Below are positions 26,690 through 52,800 of a stretch of 64,000 nucleotides of DNA, in pieces (positions within the stretch are counted from its first letter, which is position 1; each line of letters begins with the position of its first letter). The stretch is taken from assembly GCF_037042905.1 (NCBI RefSeq), contig NC_087260.1, positions 7,750,001-7,814,000 of the forward strand, given 5' to 3'. The translations under genes were made by a program, and so were the position numbers. Origin of the DNA: Lytechinus pictus (taxonomy: Eukaryota). The notes beneath the pieces were generated by a model, which was given only the letters and a program-made list of their open reading frames with translations, made no database searches and was not told the origin of the DNA.

Positions 26690-27300
26690 CCGTCGTCATT
26701 ACCATGATCATAATAATCATGAACTCGTTATCATTTCCTCCACCACTACCACCACCATCATCATCGTCATTATCATCGTCATCATTATCATCATCATCAT
26801 AATTATCATAATTATCATCACCACNNNNNNNNNNNNNNNNNNNNNNNNNNNNNNNNNNNNNNNNNNNNNNNNNNNNNNNNNNNNNNNNNNNNNNNNNNNN
26901 NNNNNNNNNNNNNNNNNNNNNNNNNNNNNNNNNNNNNNNNNNNNNNNNNNNNNNNNNNNNNNNNNNNNNNNNNNNNNNNNNNNNNNNNNNNNNNNNNNNN
27001 NNNNNNNNNNNNNNNNNNNNNNNNNNNNNNNNNNNNNNTAGTGATCGCCGTGGTTTGTATTGGTGATGATGATGATNNNNNNNNNNNNNNNNNNNNNNNN
27101 NNNNNNNNNNNNNNNNNNNNNNNNNNNNNNNNNNNNNNNNNNNNNNNNNNNNNNNNNNNNNNNNNNNNNNNNNNNNNNNNNNNNNNNNNNNNNNNNNNNN
27201 NNNNNNNNNNNNNNNNNNNNNNNNNNNNNNNNNNNNNNNNNNNNNNNNNNNNNNNNNNNNNNNNATTATCATCACCACCATAGTCGTCACCATGATCATG
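26690..27300. repeat. (CAT)n/(GAT)n microsatellites flanking N-runs
   Basis: Directly visible. Confidence 0.9.
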
Positions 27301-28377
27301 AAGATGATCTTTATTCGATACGATATAAAAGGCATATTATTGGTTGGTTTGGAATCAGCTTCGTAGATGTAAGTGCAGCACACGACTAGGTTTCACCAAG
27401 CTGTGTTTTTTAATACACTCACACAACGAAACCTATTTCAAATCGACCGATGGTATGTCATTGGAAATAATTTAATTGGATTTATTGTTCTCTTCTGCAT
27501 ATATTCAAATAATTCGTATAAAACATAATATTATTTACTGTTTTTTGCGTGAATCATAAATAAAATGTACTAAAAATATCATTCAACACTTACACACTTT
27601 CTATTAATTAAGGTTCTATTAATTTTTCGTCAGACCAATATAGAAAGAGCCAGGTCATCGAAGGGGCTTTCTTCAATTAAATGGACCCTCTAATGAAACA
27701 GTCTTGCGTATGGATGATGGTTTGTATGATTTGAACATAATGGAATTAATAAAGACTATGTCACGAAACAAAACAAAAATAATGCATCTACTATTTGGAA
27801 TTGGATACTCTTTTATTGGTTGGTTGGTTTTATTCACGATTAAAAATGCATATAAACAAAATAAACATTACATGATCACATAATATAACAATGTAACAAT
27901 AATCAAACTTAACAATGCATGTAATACAAAATCGTAGGGATAGACCCGTTTCAGATTGGCTATTAATAGCCAACCTGTTCTTACCCGGGGTCCCTGTTGC
28001 TAGATGGAGTCTCGAAAGTTTAATATTACTTTGTCCTACTATTCGGAAGTTTGATCGCTTAGACTTCAAAAGTTGAAATTATAATGTGAATTGATGTTGT
28101 AACAGTTCCCAAACTGATCATGTAAGACACGTGTTCCTAATGTCAAAATTGTTGCTAGAAAATCGTTGAAACTTTATGCTTCGGGCAGCGGTATCTATTG
28201 GAAAGGTGTTCCGGGTTTTATATAATCAGAAAAGATAAACTCATTTTTATTATGATTTATTAAAACTGAAAGAGTTTTAATAAGTCTTGAGTCGTATTCG
28301 CGGACTGAGAATGCGCAATATAAGAGTCATTTATTCTTCAGGACAGGAGACAGAGAATGCGGAAATATAAGAGTAAT

Positions 28378-39386
<11,009 letters not shown>

Positions 39387-40913
39387 TTTTGTTTTAATTT
39401 CAGTGGACTCGTGTTGCTTTAAAGACTAGTATTAAAAGATTGTGACTTTTGTCGGAGCAGGCTCCGGATTTAGATTGATCTCTAGGGCTGGAAGGAAGTG
39501 TAATTTGCGAAAGATTGGAGCGGAAGAATAGAGCAGTTATCAATGTTTTGATATCATTTATATTTTATTGAACTTCGATCGGGCAAACGCGGGCGTTGAA
39601 TCCATATTGAGATAGCATTGTTAGACGGTGTTTGAAGAACAAGCACTGTTTGTGAGGTCACATCTTCGACATGGACTTTGTTCCTGAATAGGGCATAACC
39701 AGTGGCGGATCTCCCCTTTTTGTTAATCAATTTTTGTTTAAATGTAAATATGCCGTTTTACCCAACTGTGCCCCCTTGAAAGTAAGGACCCTTTTTTGCT
39801 TGCAAAATTTTCCATGGCCGAAAATTAATGACGTTCAATTTTAGGTGAAATACTTCCACTTGCAAGATTTCCATTCACGACACGTTCCGCAATAATATAC
39901 GCGCCAGTGTGAACAGAGCCTCTTAAGAAAAAGCTATACATGATCATGGATATCAGAACAATTTTTTTAAGATAAGTAATTTTCTTTATAACACATCATA
40001 ATTGATCAATTTCAAGAACGAATTATGATACGACGCGTATAGTTTTATGTAAATAATGTAATTTAGCAATTATTATTTTTCAGTTTGGTACAGCAATAAC
40101 TCATACTCTCAAATAAAGCAGCTAGTGAATATCAGGTTCCCTATAAGTTGTGTTTCTTGAGCTGACTGTTGTCAAGCTGCTATGGTAACGGTGCCGCCTG
40201 TGATTCGAAATGGTTACCGAATCACGGATTAAAATGTATAGAGGTTTCTTTATGGGGGAACATTGCATCGACCTGTTTTCAAGGGCAAGTTTGTCCTGAA
40301 GATTTTTTTTTTGCAAATAGAAGAAAACATATATTGGTGAAAGTTTGAGGAAAATCCACCAAAGTGTAGAAAATTTGTGACGTCATATACGACCACATGC
40401 CCTATATTTTATGTAATCTAAAAAAAAATCATATTTTTAATTTTTTAATGGTTCGTGATGACTAAAATTGGTTCTTTCAGGAGCGGGGTGAAAGGATTGT
40501 ACATGTACACGTAGGGCGTACAACCCAATCGCATTAGCCCACATGTGCCCGCTAGGGCCGCTATAAAAAAAAAAACGATTTTAGACGAAACCTATCTGAC
40601 TGCTGTTGCCTTATTGACTTTTTTTAAAGGGGTGCAAATAAATTCACTTTTCATATTTCATTTCCTGTCAAAATTAATATAAAACATGAAAAAGAACGGA
40701 TGGCATTTGTTTTGCACCTAGTTCCTAATAATGATCAGTCATGCATGAATGATTATGAATTTTTATAATCATGCAACAATGCATTTTCAGACCTTGTGAT
40801 TATTACAGCATAACGCGTAATGCGTCACTGACCATGACTAATTTCATAATTTTCTGAGAGATGAGATGATATGCTTTCATTTGATATACAATCAATATTT
40901 CAGTCGGTATTAA

Positions 40914-42173
40914 AGCCCCCTCACACCTGACCGAATGTAGGCGGACGATGGGTGACGAATGGGAAAAATGAACGAAATGCACGCGAATTCAACGATTTCA
41001 AATAAAATTTCCGTCAAATCATGCGATCAGTAACTATTGTCAAATTTTATCAACGAACGGTAAACGAAGGATAGATATGACATGCGAAGGATATAGATTT
41101 TTCGGTTCACCTCTTTGAGAAAATTGCGGCCGAAGGCGAGCGAAGGGTTGATATATCCCAATATTAAAGACGAACGAACAGTGAGCAATGGTTTGATATG
41201 GCGTGCGATTAGAAACAAAGACGAGGGAATAGATCGGGCAATCTTGTTCGTTGTGCCATCGTGTTGCTTCGTTACGGGTTCTTTCGAGATCGGTCCACTT
41301 TGGCAAAAGCGCGATGGGGGACTATGCGCGACAATAAAACACGAACGATAAACTAATGATTAAAGAATATCTTCCACTTGAGAGTCAAAGAGAAGATGCA
41401 AATGATATGTTATACCGATGATTTAGCCTGAATACTGACCACGTTCTTTTCTCTTCTCTACCAGGTATTATTATTTATTTTACATAGTTTGATTGAAGCT
41501 CCGATATGTCCTTTCTTCTATTCTTTCTATTTCTTTTATCTCTTCCTTCTATTCTCCTCTTCGTGATGTTATTGTTGTCGCCGTTTTTGCTGGTGTTCTT
41601 CTCATTATTTTTCTTCCTCCTCCTTTTCTTCCGTCTCCTTCTCCTCCTCCTCCCCTTTCTTCTTCTATTCCTCCTCCTTCTTTTCTTCTTCTTCTTCGTT
41701 ATATTCTTGTACATATTATCTATATATCTTATTTATTGGTAATAGTAAATTCTGATTTTTTTCTTCATTTTTTAAATATGTAAATAGTATAATTTTACCA
41801 TTTTATTATCTTTATTCTGTATGTCGAGCACCCCACTGGAAATAAGCTTTCGATGGTCATCCTGTGCAAGCATGTTGTTTTAATGCTACTGTATATATGT
41901 TATGGTGACTTGCCAAATAAAATCAATCAATACCGCAGACTGAATAAGAGATGCGAATTCAAACAGATGACCAACGATTTCTCAATTCATGTTCAAAATT
42001 TCCGCGCGAATTTGAATAATTGCAGCTGTTAGTTCAGAAGGTGTACGAACCCAAACACGAAGGGTAAATATGATTTACTATCAGTTACCATTGAAAGCGA
42101 TTTCTTAAAAAATGCCTTTCGCCAGCCATCGCAAGGCATATTTCAGGCAATTCGGTGAGTTGTGAGGGGGCCT
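40914..42173. mobile_element. TTAA-flanked non-autonomous DNA transposon (Kolobok/piggyBac-type target)
   Basis: TTAA|AGCCCCCTCACA ... TGTGAGGGGGCCT|TTAA. Confidence 0.75.
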
Positions 42174-43779
42174 TTAAGCATTTTCGCCAACGAATTGATA
42201 TCTGACTGGTTTTGCCTCATTGGCTTTTGAACAGGGGTGTAATTAGGTTCATTTTCAGTTTCTTTTCTTGTCAAAATTAATAAACATTAGAAGGATCATA
42301 ATTTTATATGAAATTAAATCATTTCATCTCAACTCCCAGAAAAAAGAGAAATAAGTTATGATCATTGACGCATTGTAAAAAGTTACGCTTCAATGATCAC
42401 AGAAAGGTATGAAAATATTTAATATCACAATTAATAAAAAATAATCATTCATAGATGACTGATCACAATGTGCAATTAGGTGGAAAATACAAAGGCTATT
42501 CTCTTTCATATGATATATAGTTCATTAGATTTTAGGATAGCCTGGTTATGTGTTTTTACTTCCTGCATAGTTCATCCGTTCATTTTGTAGTGTTTTTAAT
42601 TTACAGTGTACAAATATTTCCTGTATAGACTGTATGTACCAGGGGTGTGAGTGGTCACAAATAAACAGATCTGAAAAAAGCTGAAGAGTGTTCAAAATGC
42701 CTGAAAGAAAGGGATATCATACTTTTTGCACAGAGGACAGCCAAAATAAGCTGTAATTAAGCTGAAAGTAAAAACAACCCCCCCCCCCTGAAATTATGAA
42801 CTCTCACACCCTGATATACACACATATATGAATAATAGGATGCCTTAAAAATAAAATCGTAGATTTCTGAGAAGCAAAGCTCTCTAACATAAAAGGTAAA
42901 TCTACATCTACGATTTTATTCTTACAGCATTCTACTATTATCAATCGTGATTCTTGTATTCTTACGGCATTTTTTAATTTAAATTTGTAATTCTGGTATT
43001 CTTACGGCATTCCACTAATATCAATTGTGATTATTGTATTCTTTATATGCCAAAGAAGACTACTTTCATAATAACTTCAAAGTACAATTATATGTTGATC
43101 ACACTTTATGCAATTAACTGCCCGATTATCATAGCGTATGAATTTTAAGTTGCAAAATAATAAAATATGATCAACATGTAATCTGTGTAGTTTGATTTTT
43201 TTCCTGAGATCTAGTAAGGAATAAAGCATTTACCTTAAAACGCATACAAGGGAAATACCCTAAATTCAACACAAAGTCTAGAAAATTTGATTTGAAATCT
43301 AAATGTAATTTATTCATTCATAATTTGCAATGTAACAGTTCACAAAAACACAGTCTGTTTCCTCTAAAACTATAAGTATTATAGAGCCATCTGCGTTCAA
43401 TATGAAATAATGAAATAAATAAATAACAATGAAGTTCTAAGAATACAGCACAGAAGACATACAAATAACAATTCAAAAGGTAAATGAGTGTCATTGCCAT
43501 TCACAATCATTACATGACATAAACCCCTCAAATAAAATGGGAAATAAACATAATCATGTTCCCCTTGATTTAAGTGGTCTGAAAAAATCAAATTAATATG
43601 AAAATTCTACCTTTGCGACAATGGCAGTAGAATGCAGAAGTCGTATCAGCATGCATTAGAAGTAGTAAAAAGAGCAATAGCAGTACTAGTAGTGCTACAA
43701 TACATGTAGTAGCAATAGTACGAGTAGTAGTAGTAGTATAGTAGTAAGAGTAGGAGTACCGGTAGAAGTTGTCCTTATT

Positions 43780-44392
43780 TATGTCCACATTTCATGAACT
43801 ATATAGATCCTCAAACTTTCAAAGTTATGATGGCAATTCAAAAATACACCCCGCACGGCAAAAGTTCATTGATCTTGGTCATGTGAACTGAGACTAATAC
43901 GGAGGATGCTACAATGATACTTGATTACTCTTACGTCTAAGTCCATGAACTAGATCCATTTACTTTCAAAGTTATGACATGTCAAGTATTTTACCTTTGT
44001 TAAGATTTTGATGTTGATTCCCCCAACATGGTCTAAGTTTAATGACCCTAAATGGCCTTTGACCTTGGTCATGTGATCTGAAACTTACACATGATAATCA
44101 GTGATACTTGATTGCTCTATGTCCAAGTTTCATGAACTAGATCCATAAACATTCAAAGTTATGATGGCAGTTCCACAAGTACCCCCAACATGGCCAAAGT
44201 TCATTGACTCTGAATTACCTTTGACCTTCGTCATGTGACCTGAAACTTTGGCAGAATGTTCAGTAATACTTGATTACCCTAATGTACAAGTTTTAAGAAA
44301 TAGGACCATATACTATCTAAGTTATGATGACACCGCCGACGTAAGAAGCTCTGCGCCTATAGTCTTGCTCTGCTATGGAGGCAAGACAAAAA
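43780..44392. repeat. Helentron/HINE-like element with internal 150-190-bp tandem units
   Basis: About four units of atgtccaagtttcatgaactagatcc...ttgaccttggtcatgtgacctgaaact, ending in hairpin gtcttgc...gcaagac plus AAAAA; fragment at ~52380-52480. Family label is inference. Confidence 0.6.
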
Positions 44393-45563
44393 CTACATGA
44401 AGCATGTTATAAGATAATATTCATAAAAACAAACTGAGTTTTTACATACACTGTAACCCAACATAATGGCAGCATAACAGAGGCAACACTTAATGAAAAC
44501 TGAAATTCAATATCAGGTAGTACATTTATTTTGCTCCTAAAGGAAGCTACATAATAAATAGTTCTAATTACATGTAAATTAGATCTAACAGTAATGGAAG
44601 TAGAATAAGAAATACAAATAGCATTGCAGAAGAAAATGTATCCTACGATTACTCAACATTTATTATGTTATAAATAGCATAAAATACGACTAGTTTTATG
44701 GAAATATAAATAGTTCTCATGACTATATGATAGATATAACAAAAATTATGTTATGAGATACGATAAAAATACAAATGGAATACACTGGAACAACTGTAAC
44801 ACTCTAACAACTATTGTTTTAACTTTCAAACAAGTTGCTTACATTTTTAAATAAGTTGTTCGAAACTTCGAGACTTTTAACAATTGTTTCAAACAATAGT
44901 TCTTAAGTGCAGTACCAGCCTTAAACAACACAATTTTAAACAGTGTCTTACAGAGGGTGATTTCAAGTTCTGTGTTGATATATTGGTGTTGGTGTTAAGT
45001 CAATTTTCACATGAGCATCTATAACACCAAACATAAAATGAAGATGGTCCTGAAAAGTCACTCACTAGTTTTTGAGATGTCAATAATGTGATCTGGATCT
45101 GTTTTCAAAACTCAGAATAGATGTTGGAGCTACGAGAATCAATCAAAATTTCAACATCAACACCAACGCCAATGCCAACATCGGACTTGAAATCACCCAG
45201 TGTTACGAAAGAAAATAGACCCATTTTCTGTTGTATTTTTAAATACAGTTAGTACAAAATTCATAAAATCACATGATCATAATTATTGCATATTGAAAGA
45301 AGTCTCATGGCAAAATTACACACAATAATGACCAAAGGCAAGAATACAATAGATAATAATCAAACATGATTACAGAGATTTAGAGTATAAGTGTAGAATT
45401 AAAAAAATATATGTAGACCCTAAATAAATTATTTGATTGTTCTTTCGTGATTAAGGTGTTCTTTCTTTGACCATTCAAAAATTTGTTCACATACATGTAG
45501 GATGATGTATGTTCCTGTATGACAAAATGTAACATGGCAAAACTATAGAATCTGACATATAAC

Positions 45564-45984
45564 CAGACCTGCCAACCTCTGGGAATGAAAAATTGTATTC
45601 CGTGATAAAAAAAGTGTATTTTTCCCCAAAAAAGTGTATCTCATAATACAATGCGTAGCGCACTTGCTCATCGCGGCGCTCAAGCTGCATGCAAGCCAAA
45701 ATGCGCAATGCTCTTGCAGATGAAAAAAACAAACGTTTAAACATGTGTATATCTCACCCTGGTTTTAACAAAATGATTGAAAAAAACAAGTTACCTGAAA
45801 TTACATTGATCTAATTACCACATTTGTGTAAGTTTTATGAAATAGAGACATATAGAGATGATTTTTCTCAATAAATTACAATTTGTAAAAAACAAAAACG
45901 TATTTTTAAAAGAAAAACGTACTGTCGTATTTTGGTTGCAAAACCGTACTAAATAAGCCTAAAACGTACTGGTTGGCAGGTCTG
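45564..45984. mobile_element. Non-autonomous DNA transposon (hAT-like termini)
   Basis: Perfect 14-bp TIR CAGACCTGCCAACC / GGTTGGCAGGTCTG; flanks TATAAC / TATAAT. Confidence 0.75.
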
Positions 45985-48262
45985 TATAATTCTAGATGGC
46001 TAAAATACAGTACACACTGCAAGTCAATGTATTTTGATCTTACATTGATAACAAATGAATCAACTACTAATAATAAATAAAACAGGAATAATTATTTTCT
46101 CTTATGATTTTTTTTCTTTTAAATAGGTGGTTAACTACTTGTTCATAGTACATACTGAAAATATATTCATATGGCACAGTTGCATTTAAAGAAATACCTT
46201 TTTCAACTTTTTATCAAAACTAGTTAAATATTACAGGAATGTCTGTAAAGATGATCTAATGGCACAATATAATATTGAAAAGTAATAAATAGAAAGTTAT
46301 CTTCTTAACATTCAGGATTAGAAAATGTATATCATTGATCAAATACTAAAACTTTGTTCGTTTGCTACTTGCCGCATCGATATATTACAATTATTTTAAG
46401 AATCAATTTACTTTGGGTGTGTGCGTCTTAACAAGCCTTCTGGCTTTTTTAGTGCATAATGTTTCAATGATCTGGCAACAATACTTTGATTTATCACTTT
46501 CGCTTGTATTTATTTATGTTTTAATGATATGTTTTAATTTTTTATTGTCTCTTTGTTTGCACATGATCATGATATCAACTTGTATTTTTAATGAATTGGA
46601 AATAAATGCTGAATTGAATAATACCTCATTCTATTAATTTTCTAATTTGATCGAAATGGTTGCTAAAATGCATAAAATTTTTTGTTTGTTTTCTATTATG
46701 TATTTAAGATAGTCGAACCTGCTACAAAATTAAATAACAAGAAAATAAAAAGGTAAGGGAATGTAAAAGTAAATGTAACACAAACCTGTTGTAGATTATA
46801 ATATGACACATATTTCATAGACCTCTGCCTGCATACACACAATCTACAATGAGAAAAGCCTAAACCATGCCATGCTTTAGGCTTGAATCCCCAACCCTGC
46901 CCTCATTTGAGATCTCATTGCAAATCTCATTTGGTCACATTCATATACTTAATAATCATTACAAGTTGGATCTTCATTCACCATCTTGAAGCAGCACTTA
47001 CCCTGGAAGAAGAAGAAGGATGCAACATGGTAGATTGCATAATCAGACAAGTAAAGGAATATAGAATAAACGAAAAAGGTGCTGTACGGTTACCTACTGA
47101 TGTTAAAATATGAATTTACATCTAATCATAGTTATTGAATACCTAGATAAACAACATCTGTACCAGTACTTCATAATTAACAAACCCTTTCTAAACTTTA
47201 CCAACATTTTATACTCATATAACTTGAAGTTAAACATTTTGATTCAAAATACAGAACATTCATATTCTTTAATCCGCAACAACCGATTGTTCAAATGTAT
47301 TTTTCGTTTAGATCATCAAATCATGACAAAAATTGCCACCATGGCATAGCTAAAATATACTTTTTGTTCATAAATTTGTTCAAATTATCTTGGGAATTGT
47401 CGAACCCCTGAATGTGATCTGTCACCCCTAAACCATTAATTTTGATAATTTTATTGAGCTTGAAAAAAAGCACATCTTAAACATCAAAATGATATCTATC
47501 TCATCGAAATTGATCAACAGTAACACCAGTCCAGAAAAAAAATGGTGTCAAAAGAAATTTTTGTCTCTCATCTTTTATATAACTCACAACTTCAAATTTT
47601 GACGGTACTGAAACAAATAATTATTCTTCAGAATAAGCTCATTTTCAAATTTCTACCTTTTGAAGACCAAATTATCATTTGGCTACTTACAGAGAACCAT
47701 TCCAGGCAACTTTGTTGGTCTGGCGGTGGCAGGTCACAAATGACCCCTCTTACAAAGAATTTTAATTCTCGATATTTTTATTTTATATCAAGAAATAAGG
47801 TTAACAAAGAAAACACATACAGAATGTTGGCATCGGCTGGCTCAAACATCCTGGGGGGCGTTTCATGAAAGGACTTGTCGGACGTTTTATCTGACAAGTC
47901 CCATTTTATCTGACAGTTACCATAGGAACAGTGCCTCTCTGCCAATCAAAATCATGGAAAGATGTCAGATCTGACTTGTCGGATGAAAATATTGATGAAA
48001 CGCTCCCCAGGTGTCACAACCAAGTAAATTTGAATTTGTGTTCATTACTTAATACTAATCTGACATGTATATGCACCTTACTGATTTGTTATAGGTAATA
48101 AATATAAGGCATTAAAAAAAAGATTGTTCCAGTATGGCACAAACTTCACATTGCACTATAGTATATAAACATAGAAGACGCTTCAACTCGACGCCCCTTT
48201 AGCACATTGTTTTTTGCGGCAAAGAAATCAACTACATGCCACTGGGATGCCACTATGTGTCA

Positions 48263-48530
48263 GGGCCCCGTCTCACAAAGAAGAAAGATTACGATTGATC
48301 CAATCAATCGTAACTCATCAGTGCCATAATTTTTTTCTACAGGAAATTTGCAAAATGTCCTTTGTATACAAAGGAGAACACACCAAATTGTCAAGAAATC
48401 AATGAATTTATGGATATACATTCATATCTAGAATTTTTTTAAACAAACATGCATTTTATGAGTTGACTTTGCTGGCTTTCCATAGTTGTAATTGATCGCA
48501 TCAATTGCAACTCTTAGTAAGATGGGCCCT
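48263..48530. mobile_element. MITE; two further copies in tandem and opposite orientation at 55476-55748 and 55763-56030
   Basis: gggccccgtctcacaaaga ... taagatgggccc termini; internal sequence matches the 55.5-56.0 kb copies. Confidence 0.8.
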
Positions 48531-49341
48531 AAGACATCAATCTCTATTTGTTTTACAGTAAGCATGAAGAATGATCACATGAAGAAAAGTTACTGAGGAT
48601 AATCTTGTAAAAGAATACATGATTCAATCCAGTTGATTCATAAGCTCATAATAGAATACGTAGCCATGGTATCTTGTGAAAAATATATGAAAAAAATTAC
48701 AACTAAGAGGAATGTGATTGTAAATTTCCCTACATTTACATCCTAAATGAAGTGTCCTTAAGGCACTGTAAAAAGGCAGGATAAAATTCATCTTATTTTC
48801 AGTTGGCATATTCATGATAGAAACAACATATTTTCTGAAAATGATTATAATTGAAAGGTACATGTACCAACATTCTAAATGAGCTTACCTTTACTTCATA
48901 AAAAGACTAATTATGGCACAGTAAACAAGAGTAGAAGCATTTCACTTCTTGTCAGAACTCAGGTTCAAAATAGAATACAAGACAATTTCTGGGAACATAT
49001 GGAAATAAGAATTAAAGGTAACATGTTATATGTATCACCATATTGTTACCTTTTAGGTAAATTTGACATTGATTTGATTTTTGCTATAAGGCCAATTTAC
49101 ACAAGCAATTGTGCTTCCTTTGACCCTTCCACATATATAATACCTTTCATGTCAATGATTTTGTATATTTATATATTTTTAATTGTGGAAATAAAGTTGA
49201 ATTGAATTATTCTCAATAAGCTTACCTGTGTTATAAATAAAGGTTACATATGGTACTGTAAGAAAACAGAATACATTTCACTTTTTATTTTTTGCACACT
49301 TAGGGAGTATCTTTACTCATCCTGATTTGCTGATTGGTTCA

Positions 49342-49860
49342 TCAGAAGAAAGGGGATGTTCCATTCCAGTCTATATGGGCACCAGGCCATCTGTTTCAGA
49401 GGGAGGAAATGAAATAAAAAATAATAATTATATACTTGATAAAGGTGAAATAAACATCAAGATATTAATGAGTTGTCTTTTACTCCTTCTTATCTGATTT
49501 TTACTACTTGTTTTTCCTTCTTAATCATTACTGAACTACTATCATGATAATAATTGTGACCATCATTACAATTACTGTTTATTGGCTTTAATATGTTCGA
49601 TCACCCTTCAAATTTTTAAAGAAGACACCCTATACTACCACTCTGAGCAAAAGTAAAAAAAGAAAAGAATATCTACCCAACTTGATGGTCATGTGATTCT
49701 ACTGGACTATATTATCATCATTGCCATCACATCATCATACCAAACAACATCATCATCACATCATCACCACGATCATCAACATGATCATCATCATCACCAT
49801 CATCATCGTCATCATCATCATCACATCATCATACCTAACATCATAATCATCACCCTCATT

Positions 49861-49893
<33 letters not shown>

Positions 49894-52800
49894 TTCACCA
49901 TCATCACCATCATCATCACTCTCATCATACCCAACANNNNNNNNNNNNNNNNNNNNNNNNNNNNNNNNNNNNNNNNNNNNNNNNNNNNNNNNNNNNNNNN
50001 NNNNNNNNNNNNNNNNNNNNNNNNNNNNNNNNNNNNNNNNNNNNNNNNNNNNNNNNNNNNNNNNNNNNNNNNNNNNNNNNNNNNNNNNNNTNNNNNNNNN
50101 NNNNNNNNNNNNNNNNNNNNNNNNNNNNNNNNNNNNNNNNNNNNNNNNNNNNNNNNNNNNNNNNNNNNNNNNNNNNNNNNNNNNNNNNNNNNNNNNNNNN
50201 NNNNNNNNNNNNNNNNNNNNNNNNNNNNNNNNNNNNNNNNNNNNNAAACCTTGATTGAATGCACTCATCTACAAGAGGAATATTCTTATCGTCCTTTTTC
50301 TTTTTCTCCTCCATAAGCCTCAGTCTGGAATCTGAAAACAACAGAACATTACACTCATAAGTCCTACTAGATTGAAAGCACCAATGAATGTGATTATAGC
50401 ATATCTTTAGTTTTGGTAAATCAATTTCAGGAGATGAAAGCTATATTAATCATATCTTTATGAATCATATGAGAAAACTCAATTTGCACTACTATGAACA
50501 CAAAATCACGTTTTGGAGCAATATGGGTCTGAGACATGCACTTGCATAAGTTGCGTAATTTCACAACCTTGTACCTGGGCATCACAAATTTGTTCTCAAA
50601 AGATGCTCAGAACTTGAAAGTGGAAAGTCAGCAAGCGGTGGGGTTGAAAAAATTTTCATGGCGGAATGGTCAAGCAAAATATCAGGGAGGGGGTCGAATC
50701 ATCCCCCCTCCCCCAGCTGCTGAGGGTTAACGTCCAAACCCGGTCGGGGGGGGGGGGCAGTCAAATATATTGCTGTACACATGCGTGACCAAAAAAACAT
50801 GTTTAAAGGGGTGTTTTTTCAGTTTTGGATGCGGCCTTGTGTGCACTCGTTAATGGTATCAAAAACACCGATTTGCAAAAAAAGGGGGTGCTTTTGAAAG
50901 ACTGGTCAATGGTCAGTCGCGGGGTCAATCGTATTTGGGGTACGTTTTTTTTCCAAACCTTTTTTTTCAAGACTAACCAATATGTATAGGGTATGTTTTT
51001 TCCCCAAGCTTTTCTCAAGTGTTCGGGTTCTTCCCGAGTGTAAGCAATGACCCTGGAAACGGGCCTGGGGAAAAGGGAAAACGGTTATTGTTACATGTAG
51101 CAAGTAGACAAAACTTGTTTAGGGGTCAAAATGTGTAAATGAAGCCTGCAAAAAAATTGTTTAGGGGGGTTATTCTGCACACAGAGAAAAACTTGTTTAA
51201 AAGGCGTTTGGAAATAATTTGGTCACACATGTGTAGGGCAATATATTTGACTGCCCCCCCCCCCCCGGGGACCCAAGAACCAAGATACTAACCGACTGTC
51301 AACCTGACCTCTTCCTTCTGCTCGGTCTGACCCGTGTAGAAATAAAGGTTAAACTTAGCTTCACTCCTCCAATCACGGTTCAGGTTAAGATTACAGCAGA
51401 AGAAGAGTGAATAGCGTCCTTTTAACCTCAACACCCACACAGGAAAGACAGGCGTCTTCAACATGCTCCCTATCTGTAGAAGGGGTAATAAAATGTAGTT
51501 ATAACCTTTTATATCCCTCTTATGAATATTCATGAGTATTCTAGATAAACGATTTGTTAATTCGTGATCATGTGACAAAGTATAATTATTTTCAACAGGA
51601 AAACACATTGCTGCAATTAGCTACAGTATAGTTTTCTTGTAGAAACATGAAAATATATAAAAATAATGGAGTAAACCTTGCATACTGCACTATACTATTC
51701 ATACAGACAGCATAGTGGGAATTATTAATCCTCGGTTGGACTGGCAATGTAACTATTTCGGGAAAAATAGTAATTGCCAGTGCAACCTCGGATAAATAAT
51801 TCCCACTATACTTTCTCAAAGCCTGATATATTTGTATATTAACCTAAAACCCAAACAGGGAAAACGACAGTCTTCATCAATCTCCCTATTTGTGACAAGA
51901 CATGGCAAACTCACAGATTCACATGAAGTCAATTGGTCTAACTTTTTGTCCAATTACAAACTTGTCTATCATTTGGTCTACCATCAGTTTGTCCACTATC
52001 CACATGGTCTAATTGCCATCTGTCCACTCACCCATTTTGTCTAATAACCAGTTGGTCCATAGCCATTTAGTCCATTCCACTTGGTCTAATTGGACTAAGT
52101 GTTAATTGGGTGATATAAGAGAAAATAAAATGGACACGAGACCAATTGGTTACGAAACGAAATGGTCATAGACGAACTCGTGATTAGACAAAGTGATGAT
52201 TGGACCAAATGGTTATCGGACCAAATGGCTATTAGACAAAATGTTGATGGACTAAATGAAGGTAAACTATGACTATGTGTTGAGTGGACAAGTTGGCAAG
52301 TTGGCAAACAACACAAATGGCTGTTCTGACAGTTTTAATTATATGTAGACCCAAACTTTGTCTTATTGGATTATTTTGACATTTGACCATGATCATGTGA
52401 TCTAAGATGTGTGCAAAACAATAATTTATACTTGATCACCCTTATGTCTATGTTTCATGAACTAGATCCATAAACTTTCTAAGCTAGGAGTTGCATATAC
52501 AGCACTTATCGAGAACCTCCGTTAGAGAATATCATTACATTAACTAAAATGGATAGGAAGGCGAGGCTACTCACTGTTATTTTCTTGGCATTCTTGACTT
52601 GTTTTCCTTCGGGCCTGTCAACCACAAGAATACCAATTTCAGCTCTCTTTTGGATGCCATAACGAGGTACATCCTAAAAGGAATATAAAAAAGAGAAACA
52701 CATTACAAAGTACTAATTATCTAAAATATGCTACTCTTATCCCAAGATGGATACCATACTTGTTTACAAAAGGACTTTAAATGAAAAGGGAATCAAAATT

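Noticed and set aside
43780-44392. CRISPR-like array (also 53130-53687, 2635-2790)
   Set aside because: Units are long degenerate tandem repeats without unique spacers, the context is eukaryotic, and there are no cas genes.
49936-50245. Biological meaning of the N-runs
   Set aside because: All adjoin simple repeats and one contains an isolated base (50091), suggesting masking or low-quality sequence.
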